From positions 378,732 to 442,731 of the forward strand of contig OX638332.1 of the NCBI GenBank assembly GCA_951812735.1: a DNA stretch of 64,000 nt. The letters are read 5' to 3'. A program made the position numbers and the translations under genes. Under the pieces are notes generated by a model, which was not told the DNA's origin, ran no database searches, and saw only the letters and a program-made list of their open reading frames with translations. Positions 51,864-59,499 of the stretch are shown piece after piece. Position 1 is the first letter of the stretch. Each line of letters opens with the position of its first letter. This stretch comes from Candidatus Dadabacteria bacterium (GTDB taxonomy: Bacteria > Desulfobacterota_D > UBA1144 > Nemesobacterales > Nemesobacteraceae).

Positions 51864-52529
51864 ATGGACATGGACCTAGAAAAACTCAAGTTCAACGACG
51901 AAGGACTTCTGCCCGTCATAGTGCAGGACAGTTCAAGCGGGCGGGTACTCATGCTCGCATACGCGAACAAGCAGGCCCTTGAGATGACCGTCAAGACCGG
52001 AAGGACTCACTTCTGGAGCAGATCAAGAAAAAAGATCTGGAACAAGGGCGAAGAATCTGGACATTTCCAAGACATAGAGGAAATCTTCGTCGACTGTGAC
52101 TGCGATACAGTGCTCATAACAGTGAAACAGACCGGAGTAGCTTGTCACACCGGAGAACCGACATGTTTTTACAGATCAGGAGACATGGAAAGAAAGGCGG
52201 CTCCCGTGTTCGAAAAAGCATCCCTTAAAAAAGTGTTTTCCGTAATAGAGGACAGGAAGCAGAATCCAAAGGAAGGGTCCTATGTAAGCGGCCTCATGAA
52301 GGGCGGGCTTGACAGGATACTCAAGAAAATCGGAGAGGAAGCCGGCGAAGTCGTAATAGCCGCGAAAAACCGGGACAAAGACGAACTCGTATACGAGCTT
52401 ACCGATCTGTGGTTCCACTCCATGGTGCTTCTCTGCGAAGCGGGCCTCGACCCCCAGGACATATCGGACGAACTCGAGAGAAGGTTCGGCAAGCGCAAAG
52501 AACAGTACTCGGGGGGAAATCAGAAGTAG
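51864..52529 (+). CDS. hisIE: bifunctional phosphoribosyl-AMP cyclohydrolase / phosphoribosyl-ATP pyrophosphatase
   Basis: LLPVIVQD...[10 protein letters not shown] and [25 protein letters not shown] (HisI); [12 protein letters not shown]...ELTDLWFH (HisE). The ATG at 51864 is preferred because the track's TTG at 51834 sits just 2 nt after the predicted -10, upstream of the expected transcription start. Confidence 0.88.
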   Translation: MDMDLEKLKFNDEGLLPVIVQDSSSGRVLMLAYANKQALEMTVKTGRTHFWSRSRKKIWNKGEESGHFQDIEEIFVDCDCDTVLITVKQTGVACHTGEPTCFYRSGDMERKAAPVFEKASLKKVFSVIEDRKQNPKEGSYVSGLMKGGLDRILKKIGEEAGEVVIAAKNRDKDELVYELTDLWFHSMVLLCEAGLDPQDISDELERRFGKRKEQYSGGNQK

Positions 52530-52587
52530 CCAGGCGCAAAGCCGCGGAGGGAAGCGGAAATTGCGTGCCGTCGGCTGGAGTCTTTTC

Positions 52588-53094
52588 TCAGGAGAGTCTT
52601 TTTGGAGTAGGCCTGTTCTTTTTAGGTCTGTCCTTTTCTTCTATGTACTCGCTGAGATGGGTTCTTTTTCTCACAGAAGGCGGCAGATTCGAGAGATTGG
52701 GTTTCGGCATATCGGTTGAGAGGTCCTTTGTAAAAGCAAAAGTCGAGATCACTTTCTCCACTTTCTTTTTCTCCCCGCAGCAATAGCACTTTACGTTTTT
52801 CTCGTCCCCCTCTTCGTATATAAGCTCAGAGAACCTGTAGTTGCTCATGTTGAAAAGCGCAAGCAGGGTTCCGTTCTCAAGGTAGTAGTCGTTGAATATG
52901 GAATCTTTTCCCTTTCTCCCGTGTTTTGCGACTATTTCTTCGCGCTCGAGGTCAACAACTTCTATAGCGTAGATGTTGTCATATTTCTCGACAAGGCTCT
53001 TGACGGTCTTCTTGTCCCGTTTTCTCTCAAGAGTCTTTAGTGATTTCTCAACGTTGCCTCTGCACTTAGTGCATTCAAATTCATAAAGGGGCAT
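52588..53094 (-). CDS. FmdB-like zinc-ribbon protein with ~90-aa insertion between the two CxxC knuckles (paralogue 2, basic tail)
   Basis: MPLYEFECTKC (C8, C11) and VKCYCCG (C103, C106), then VISTF. The AGGAG ribosome-binding site overlaps the stop of the upstream paralogue. Confidence 0.6.
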   Translation of the reverse strand: MPLYEFECTKCRGNVEKSLKTLERKRDKKTVKSLVEKYDNIYAIEVVDLEREEIVAKHGRKGKDSIFNDYYLENGTLLALFNMSNYRFSELIYEEGDEKNVKCYCCGEKKKVEKVISTFAFTKDLSTDMPKPNLSNLPPSVRKRTHLSEYIEEKDRPKKNRPTPKRLS

Positions 53095-53103
53095 TTGCGT
53101 CTC

Positions 53104-53607
53104 CTATCTGTTGAAATACTGACTAAGGTGATCCTGCCCTACCCAGTCGCTTGCTATTTCTTCATCCTTCTGCTGCTTGTATTCAAGATGCCACTTGAGC
53201 TCGTCCCCAGGACCCGGAGCTCTTTTGCTCTTGTCGTCGAATATGGCCTTGAAGGTGGAAAAAACCCTCCTCACCGATTCGGGATCGTCGCAGAGAGGAC
53301 ATTTAACTTCACCCTGATCGTCATCTCCGTACACAAGGTGGTCGAAACGGAAATTCTTAAGCTCAAGATAAAGCATCTTCCCGTTATCAAGCTTGTAACG
53401 AAATCTTCTCGCACCACTTATACCCTTTTCCCCAAGTTCGAAAAACAGTTTTCTGGTCTTGTCATCTGTGACTTCAATATAACAGAAATTGCTGTTCTGC
53501 TTGAAAATCTTCCTTGCATTCGTCTTGGTAAGCTTTGCGACTAGGTTGTCTATGTCCGTGTTGTAACTCTCCATGCAACTGTCGCATTCATATTCGTATA
53601 ACGGCAC
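53104..53607 (-). CDS. FmdB-like zinc-ribbon protein with ~90-aa insertion between the two CxxC knuckles (paralogue 1, acidic tail)
   Basis: GTG start with GGAGG 9 nt upstream. MPLYEYECDSC (C8, C11) and VKCPLCD (C103, C106), then VFSTF. Confidence 0.6.
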   Translation of the reverse strand: MPLYEYECDSCMESYNTDIDNLVAKLTKTNARKIFKQNSNFCYIEVTDDKTRKLFFELGEKGISGARRFRYKLDNGKMLYLELKNFRFDHLVYGDDDQGEVKCPLCDDPESVRRVFSTFKAIFDDKSKRAPGPGDELKWHLEYKQQKDEEIASDWVGQDHLSQYFNR

Positions 53608-53714
53608 GTTATGCCTCCAGATAAGCTTTTAATCCAGATAAATATAAACAATATAATCTGAGTTTAAAGCCCTGAAATGCCGAAATATCTGAAAAGGTAC
53701 TGAAATAAGACGTT

Positions 53715-54374
53715 TTGCGGTTGATAATAGAGGGAATGAGAAAAACAGGGAAACCAGAAACGCCTCGCGCGCAAAATGAAGAAAAGAACCCTTCTTCGGG
53801 CGAAGATTTGAATTTTGTCGCAGTTGACGTGGAGACAGCGAATTCGAATGTCTCAAGCATCTGTCAGGTGGGCATCGCCGTGGTCAGATCCGCGAAAATC
53901 ACAGACGTATGGACGCAGCTCATAGATCCGGGTGACTTTTTCGACCCTTACAACACAGCCATACACTCCATAGACCATAACATGGTAAGGGGCTGTCCGC
54001 GGTTTGAAGAAATATGCAATAAAGTCGCGGGATATCTAGGAGAAATCGTGGTAAGCCATACATTTTTTGACCGCAGGGCAATTTCAAAAGCGTTTGCGGA
54101 GTGCGGAAAATCTCTCGGCTACGAAATCTGGATTGACAGCGCACAAGTAGCACGACGTGCCTGGCCGGATAAATACGCCCTTAGAGGCTACAATCTCGGG
54201 AACGTTGCCCGTGATCTCGGGATCCGTTTTCGCCATCACGATGCGGGAGAAGACGCAAGAGTCGCAGCGGAAATCGTTCTGAGAGCATACAGAGATACCG
54301 CTTTTGGGATAAGCAGGCTGCTGGACCTAGGAGTTTCGCCTGAGCTCAAAAAGCCCCGCACAGAAACTAAATAG
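53715..54374 (+). CDS. stand-alone DEDDh 3'-5' exonuclease (DnaQ/epsilon-like domain)
   Basis: FVAVDVETAN (ExoI), a central ExoII-like segment, HHDAGEDARVAAEI (ExoIII, H-x4-D). The start codon is uncertain (TTG 53715 or ATG 53736). Confidence 0.8.
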   Translation: MRLIIEGMRKTGKPETPRAQNEEKNPSSGEDLNFVAVDVETANSNVSSICQVGIAVVRSAKITDVWTQLIDPGDFFDPYNTAIHSIDHNMVRGCPRFEEICNKVAGYLGEIVVSHTFFDRRAISKAFAECGKSLGYEIWIDSAQVARRAWPDKYALRGYNLGNVARDLGIRFRHHDAGEDARVAAEIVLRAYRDTAFGISRLLDLGVSPELKKPRTETK

Positions 54375-54627
54375 GACTTAACCAGCCAACCCCTTGAAGA
54401 TGAAAAACGCGGACCTAGTTGACAACATTATAAGAAGCCAGAACTCGCTATTATCAGCCAAGAGTTGATTTAAAAATTCTGACTCCACATGCTTTTTTTA
54501 ATACTCTTGAAATGGAGGGGCGTTTGTTTGTTTTTTAACTAGGACTGCTCAGTGTATCCTTAACCCTCTGTAATTGTTTTGTTTAAGCACAAAAGGTAAG
54601 ATAAAGGCAGTGCTAAGAAGAAATTTC

Positions 54628-55833
54628 ATGAAAATCTTTGCATTAACGGGGATTTTTCTGTGCGTGCTGGCAGTTATATGCGTTTTTTCCGACGTGCGCA
54701 CGGCCCTAGCCCACGGAAAACACGCCAACGCCAGTAAGGAAGCCGTAACGGCTGACGGTGCAGCGGAGAGCCCAGATGCTCTGCGAGAATTCGTACTGCA
54801 CGCCAAAGCACACTGGGAAGTCCTGGTTCCGGACGAAAAAAGCTTTGATCTATGGCAGCAGATACTGTACGAGGTACAACACAAAGGGGATTGGAAGTCC
54901 GGTTCCAAGTACCTCATCCTGGTTGACAAACAAGGCAGGTGCATAGCTCACGGATACTATAAATCAGCCAACGGCAGGGACCTGACCGTTCTGCGAGACG
55001 CAAAAGGAACCGATATAGTGCATAAGCTCATCAAAGCAGCTCAAAACAACAAGGAGGGGGGTTTTGTTGACTACTACTGGAACGACGCCAAAGATCCCTC
55101 GTCCCTACCCAAATCAAGCTATGCCGTTAATTACACGGTTGATGCACTGGGGATTGAACTTGTCCTGATCGGAGGCTTTCATCATAAAGAGTTAATCCCT
55201 TCCGTGGGCGAAGTCCTAAGAAAATACGTGCCCCAAGTAAAGGCCGCTTCCGTAAAAGACAAGAGTACTCTTAAGAACTTCGTGGAAAAAACGGCTGAAT
55301 TTGTTGATCACGCGTATAAGACTACGCAGGGCAACATGGACATAGCGGAACTGCTAAGAGTCAGCAGCGCTAAAGAGGCCTGGAAACATAATGAAATCTA
55401 CCTCTTCGCAATTACAGACCAAGGCCTCGTGGTATTTAACGGCAACAATCCAAAGATGAGGCAGGCATCCACTATGAACTCCGTAGACGAAAACGGAGTC
55501 AATATCGGAGAAAGAATCATCAAAGTGGCCAAAAGCGGAGGGGGTTTTGTCCATTACCTCTGGGACAATCCGCTGGTGGAAGGAGACGAGACAATAGGGG
55601 TCGGCAAAGCAAAGGGAACTTCTCTCAAGGTAAGCTATGTAAAGCAGATAAGGCTCGGGGATAACATCTATATTCTCGGGTCGGGCATTTATCCGGGGGA
55701 GGACGCCGAATACGCAACCGAGATGAGACCCGAAAGTAAAGTCCTACGCGCAATCATTATCGGGTGCCTAGTTGTACTGCTCTCGCTCTGGGCAATCCGG
55801 TGGGTAATAGGTTCAGGCAAAAAGAAGGGATAG
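54628..55833 (+). CDS. secreted tandem Cache_2-like (sCache) domain protein with C-terminal TM anchor
   Basis: Signal peptide MKIFALTGIFLCVLAVICVFSDVRTALA. Two modules each have W-x-G/N-x-YL...G...GGFV-x-Y-x-W-[ND] (GGFVDYYWNDAKDP and GGFVHYLWDNP). C-terminal TM helix followed by GSGKKKG. The ATG at 54628 is preferred over the track start at 54574. Confidence 0.65.
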   Translation: MKIFALTGIFLCVLAVICVFSDVRTALAHGKHANASKEAVTADGAAESPDALREFVLHAKAHWEVLVPDEKSFDLWQQILYEVQHKGDWKSGSKYLILVDKQGRCIAHGYYKSANGRDLTVLRDAKGTDIVHKLIKAAQNNKEGGFVDYYWNDAKDPSSLPKSSYAVNYTVDALGIELVLIGGFHHKELIPSVGEVLRKYVPQVKAASVKDKSTLKNFVEKTAEFVDHAYKTTQGNMDIAELLRVSSAKEAWKHNEIYLFAITDQGLVVFNGNNPKMRQASTMNSVDENGVNIGERIIKVAKSGGGFVHYLWDNPLVEGDETIGVGKAKGTSLKVSYVKQIRLGDNIYILGSGIYPGEDAEYATEMRPESKVLRAIIIGCLVVLLSLWAIRWVIGSGKKKG

Positions 55834-55960
55834 CACTTCAGACAGAAGAACCTGCCCGAGCCGCACAAGCAACGGTGAAGCATCCAACCTTGCACCGAAA
55901 TCATATCACATAAATTGATTCAATAGCCTGCCGTATCAGCGTGTTATACTTGATAACGCG

Positions 55961-56995
55961 ATGAGGGCAATGGTTCTAAGAGGTACGCACGACCTGTTTG
56001 AGAACGATTCTCCTCTTGAGTTGCTGGAAACCCCTTCCCCAAAACCAGCTCAAGGAGAAGTTCTTATACGCGTTTTGGCCTGTGGGGTCTGTCACACCGA
56101 CATGGATGAGGTTGAAGGGAGAGTGTCGCCTCCGTCTTTTCCAATTGTTCCGGGACACCAGGTGGTGGGAGTGGTTAAAGAACACGGCTTGGAGGCAAGA
56201 GATTTCAAAGCAGGCGACATGGTGGGAGTCGCGTGGATAGGAGGAGCCTGCGGAAAATGCGCTTACTGCAGGAGCGGAAGGGAAAATCTCTGCCGTGACT
56301 TCATTGCGACCGGCAGGGACAGAGACGGGGGATTCGCTGAGTTCATGGTCGCGGATGCAAATTTCGTTTACCCCATACCGCAGGAAATGGATCCAGTAAA
56401 GACAGCTCCTCTTCTATGCGCCGGAGCGATAGGCTACCGGTGCGTGAGACTTTCCGGAATAACTGACGGAAACGCAGTAGGACTCATGGGGTTCGGGGCT
56501 TCAGCGCATCTTGTGATAAAGCTCCTTCGCCACACATATCCACTAAGCGAGGTATTCGTATTCGCGAGAGGAGAAAGGGAGAGGCAGTTCGCCGCGGATC
56601 TTGGAGCATACTGGTCGGGTGAGATTGAAGAGCACTCCCCAAAACAACTTTCCGCTATTATTGACACCACACCCGTATGGAAACCGGTTTTGCGCTCGCT
56701 TGAAAATCTTGTTCCCGGGGGGAGACTGGTCGTAAACGCCATAAGCAAGGAGAGTTCCGATATCGACTCTCTGCTTAGTCTTGACTATCAGTCCCATCTT
56801 TGGCTTGAAAAAGAGATAAAAAGCGTAGCAAACGTGACGAGGGAAGACGTAGCCGGCTTTCTTTCAGTCGCGTCCACTCTGGGAATAGAAGCCGAAGTCA
56901 CCGAGTACAGACTTGAAGAGGCCAATAAGGCGCTTTTGGAAATCAGAAGGGGTGGAGGAAAAGGGGCCAAGGTTCTGAAAATAGCCGATCAGTAG
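55961..56995 (+). CDS. zinc-dependent alcohol dehydrogenase (MDR family)
   Basis: CGVCHTD catalytic zinc motif, GHQVVGVV, structural zinc CGKCAYCRSGRENLC, GLMGFGASAH Rossmann motif. Confidence 0.88.
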   Translation: MRAMVLRGTHDLFENDSPLELLETPSPKPAQGEVLIRVLACGVCHTDMDEVEGRVSPPSFPIVPGHQVVGVVKEHGLEARDFKAGDMVGVAWIGGACGKCAYCRSGRENLCRDFIATGRDRDGGFAEFMVADANFVYPIPQEMDPVKTAPLLCAGAIGYRCVRLSGITDGNAVGLMGFGASAHLVIKLLRHTYPLSEVFVFARGERERQFAADLGAYWSGEIEEHSPKQLSAIIDTTPVWKPVLRSLENLVPGGRLVVNAISKESSDIDSLLSLDYQSHLWLEKEIKSVANVTREDVAGFLSVASTLGIEAEVTEYRLEEANKALLEIRRGGGKGAKVLKIADQ

Positions 56996-57032
56996 ATTCT
57001 TTCATGACTCGGCCTTAAAAAGAGAAATCGAA

Positions 57033-57506
57033 TCAGTCCGCATCTTTAAGCCATCTCGCCAGCGCCTTGTCCAGGTCGGTTATCTCTTCCAAGGAACCAT
57101 ACAAGTAAGCTTCCCAGCCCTTTTCAGGCATGCCGGCAAACAGCATCAGGTTGAGAGGATAGACCTCGCTGTCGGTACATCTGCGAAAGTCATCCCGGAA
57201 CAGAAATACGGGTTTGTCCCAAGCAATCGCCATTCCCAGCTCAACCATAACTCCTTCGTCCGGCGGACATCCATTGACAACCGCGAACAATCCATCGGCC
57301 TCGCGCACATCCCGAAGGTCTGACTGTCCAACCCGGTAGGCCCAGCCGGCAGTCGCCTTATCAATCTGATTGTTGCGGGAAAACGGCTCCCACACCTCGG
57401 CTCCCATTGATTCCAGAACCTCGATAAGAGCTACCAGAGGCCCTTCACGCTGCTGTACGGAAAAGCCGTAGGGATTAGCCAGATACAGGGTTTTTCGTTT
57501 CGTCAT
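57033..57506 (-). CDS. nucleoside 2-deoxyribosyltransferase family protein
   Basis: LYLANPYGFS start region and DEGVMVELGMA catalytic-Glu region, 157 aa. Confidence 0.7.
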   Translation of the reverse strand: MTKRKTLYLANPYGFSVQQREGPLVALIEVLESMGAEVWEPFSRNNQIDKATAGWAYRVGQSDLRDVREADGLFAVVNGCPPDEGVMVELGMAIAWDKPVFLFRDDFRRCTDSEVYPLNLMLFAGMPEKGWEAYLYGSLEEITDLDKALARWLKDAD

Positions 57507-57580
57507 AGTGCTTTCGCCTGAGAGTCAAAACGTCCAGGTCTTATGCCGTGGTCGGACAGAAACGCTTCAAGAGTCAGTCA

Positions 57581-58114
57581 CTACTTTCCGTCCGTTCCAG
57601 GCCCACGGTGCCCGATCTTTCCAAGTCTCTCACGAAGTTCCACGCTGTCAAGCGAGTCAACCGGAAGGGCCAGAAACTCAGCGATACGTTCTTTGAGTAA
57701 CTTGTAGGTTTTTTCAAAAGCTTCGCGCCGCTCGGTTTCAGTCCCCGCAACGCCCGCGGGATCCGCAAGACCCCAGTGAGCCGTCACCGGCCTGCCCGGC
57801 CACACGGGACAAGATTCATTCGCCGCGTTGTCACACACCGTGAAGACAAAATCCATCGAAGGAGCATCTGCCACCTCAAACTCATCCCAAGATTTAGAAC
57901 GCAGATTTTTAATGTCGTGCCCATTAATGATCAAGAGTTCAAGAGCCAGGGGGTGAACTTCTCCCCGGGGATGACTGCCCGCACTGTAGCCGACAAATCT
58001 TCCGTCGCTATTGTGATTCAAAAGAGATTCGGCAATGATCGAACGAGCCGAATTGCCCGTGCAGAGAAACAGCACCCTGTAGATTCGCAAGTGCGACGGC
58101 TTGTTTTCGTTCAT
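57581..58114 (-). CDS. arsC: arsenate reductase, LMW-PTP (thioredoxin-coupled) type
   Basis: VLFLCTGNSARSIIAE P-loop (CX5R) and downstream VCDNAANESCPVWPG cysteines. Confidence 0.85.
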   Translation of the reverse strand: MNENKPSHLRIYRVLFLCTGNSARSIIAESLLNHNSDGRFVGYSAGSHPRGEVHPLALELLIINGHDIKNLRSKSWDEFEVADAPSMDFVFTVCDNAANESCPVWPGRPVTAHWGLADPAGVAGTETERREAFEKTYKLLKERIAEFLALPVDSLDSVELRERLGKIGHRGPGTDGK

Positions 58115-58197
58115 AATCCTTTCCCTTTAGCGAATTCAACTTCGTAAGTATGCCTGATAGTTTAGAATGGGATTATTCTTGAAAAAGAAAGGGGTTA

Positions 58198-58213
58198 ATA
58201 TACTTATTTGCCC
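58198..58213. repeat. left arm of the inverted repeat flanking tnpB
   Basis: ATATACTTATTTGCCC. See the right arm at 59463-59478. Confidence 0.8.
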
Positions 58214-58235
58214 TGTCGTGATACAATACACTGTA

Positions 58236-59468
58236 ATGATTAAAGAAATACGCACTGTAGAGTTTGTTGTCCTGCCTACATCCAAGGCAAAGGCGAGAAA
58301 GATGTTCCAGATAGCCGGAGCGTGCCGGTATGTCTGGAACCATTTTCGGGAGAAGAATCTTGCCGACTATCAGGCGTTCAGAAACGGCAAGGGGCAAAGA
58401 CCTCAAACCAGTTTCTTCAGTCTTGCCTTGGAGTTCACCAAGTTAAGACATGAGACGGACTGGCTTAGGGAACTCCCCGCGAATCCGGTCAAGCGTACCC
58501 TCAAGTATTTCGCGGACGCACTCGAAGAAGCAATGAAGGGCAAGAAAGGGTTTTCGAAGCCCAAAAGCAGGGCAAAGGCCACACCGAGCTTTACGATTGC
58601 GAGAGATTCAGGGACATTCAAGATAAAGAAACGGAACAACAAATATTCCCTGCTTTACATACCGAAAATTGGATGGGTAGAGATCACCCGCAGGGGAGGA
58701 AATCCTTGGGAGAAAGGTACACCGAAACAGATAGTGCTTCGCCATGACGGACACAGGTGGAGGGCTTTCGTTTTCTACGAAGTTGAAGTGGAGAAAAGAC
58801 CGTATGACGGAGCGGTTCTTGGAGTTGACATGAACGTCCGCCAAATTGCCACTTCTGACGGGCATTCCTACTCCTTGCCCGATCTTGAGAAAAAAGAAAA
58901 GCGAAGGAAGTGGTATCAGAGGAAAATGGCAAGGCAGGTAAAGGGGTCTAGCAGAAGGAAAGACACGAAAAGAAAACTTGCAAAGGTGAGCAGAAAAATA
59001 GCTAATATCCGCAAGGACTGGATTCATCAGACCACAAAGGAGATTGCCGAGAAATGCGGAACCGTGATAGTGGAAGATCTAAAGGTAAAGAACATGACGG
59101 CTTCCGCGAAGGGTACGATAGAGAATCCGGGAAAAAACGTGAAGCAGAAGGCGGGACTCAACAGGGCAATGCTTGATACAGCATTCGGGGGAATAAGAAA
59201 AAATCTTGAGTACAAGTGTGGGAGGCTCGTGAAAGTAAATCCCGCGCATACAAGTCAGACATGCTCCGAATGTGGGCATGTAGATAAAGAGAACCGTAAA
59301 ACCCAAGCGCGGTTCCTATGTGTAAATTGTGGCTTTGCGTATAACGCGGACACGAATGCTGCAATGAACATAAGGCGTCTGGGAATGGCGCAACTGCACG
59401 GGGAGGGTTCTGGTATTAGTACAGTCCCGATGAACCGTGAAATTGATACAAGATTACCCTATGGGTAA
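58236..59468 (+). CDS. tnpB: TnpB RNA-guided endonuclease family protein (IS605 OrfB)
   Basis: RuvC-like triad contexts LGVDMNVRQ (D), VIVEDLKVKNM (E) and YNADTNAAMNI (D). Zinc finger CSECGHV...CVNCGF. The ATG at 58236 (MIKEIRTVEF) is preferred because the track start at 58167 runs through the left repeat arm. Confidence 0.88.
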   Translation: MIKEIRTVEFVVLPTSKAKARKMFQIAGACRYVWNHFREKNLADYQAFRNGKGQRPQTSFFSLALEFTKLRHETDWLRELPANPVKRTLKYFADALEEAMKGKKGFSKPKSRAKATPSFTIARDSGTFKIKKRNNKYSLLYIPKIGWVEITRRGGNPWEKGTPKQIVLRHDGHRWRAFVFYEVEVEKRPYDGAVLGVDMNVRQIATSDGHSYSLPDLEKKEKRRKWYQRKMARQVKGSSRRKDTKRKLAKVSRKIANIRKDWIHQTTKEIAEKCGTVIVEDLKVKNMTASAKGTIENPGKNVKQKAGLNRAMLDTAFGGIRKNLEYKCGRLVKVNPAHTSQTCSECGHVDKENRKTQARFLCVNCGFAYNADTNAAMNIRRLGMAQLHGEGSGISTVPMNREIDTRLPYG

Positions 59469-59478
59469 ATAAGTATAT
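59463..59478. repeat. right arm of the inverted repeat flanking tnpB (overlaps the tnpB stop codon)
   Basis: GGGTAAATAAGTATAT. The TAA at 59466-59468 is the tnpB stop. Confidence 0.8.
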
Positions 59479-59499
59479 GATTCCCTATATAATTTCTCC

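Larger units (their letters stand above)
58198..59478 (+). mobile_element. TnpA-less TnpB (IS200/IS605-superfamily OrfB) element bounded by a 16-bp imperfect inverted repeat
   Basis: ATATACTTATTTGCCC (58198-58213) is the reverse complement of GGGTAAATAAGTATAT (59463-59478) with 1 mismatch. The single ORF is tnpB. The boundaries are inferred, not proven. Confidence 0.6.

Noticed and set aside
58167-58235. Upstream start for tnpB given in the ORF track
   Set aside because: The extra 23 codons run through the left inverted-repeat arm and have no homology pattern. MIKEIRTVEF at 58236 matches the usual OrfB N-terminus.
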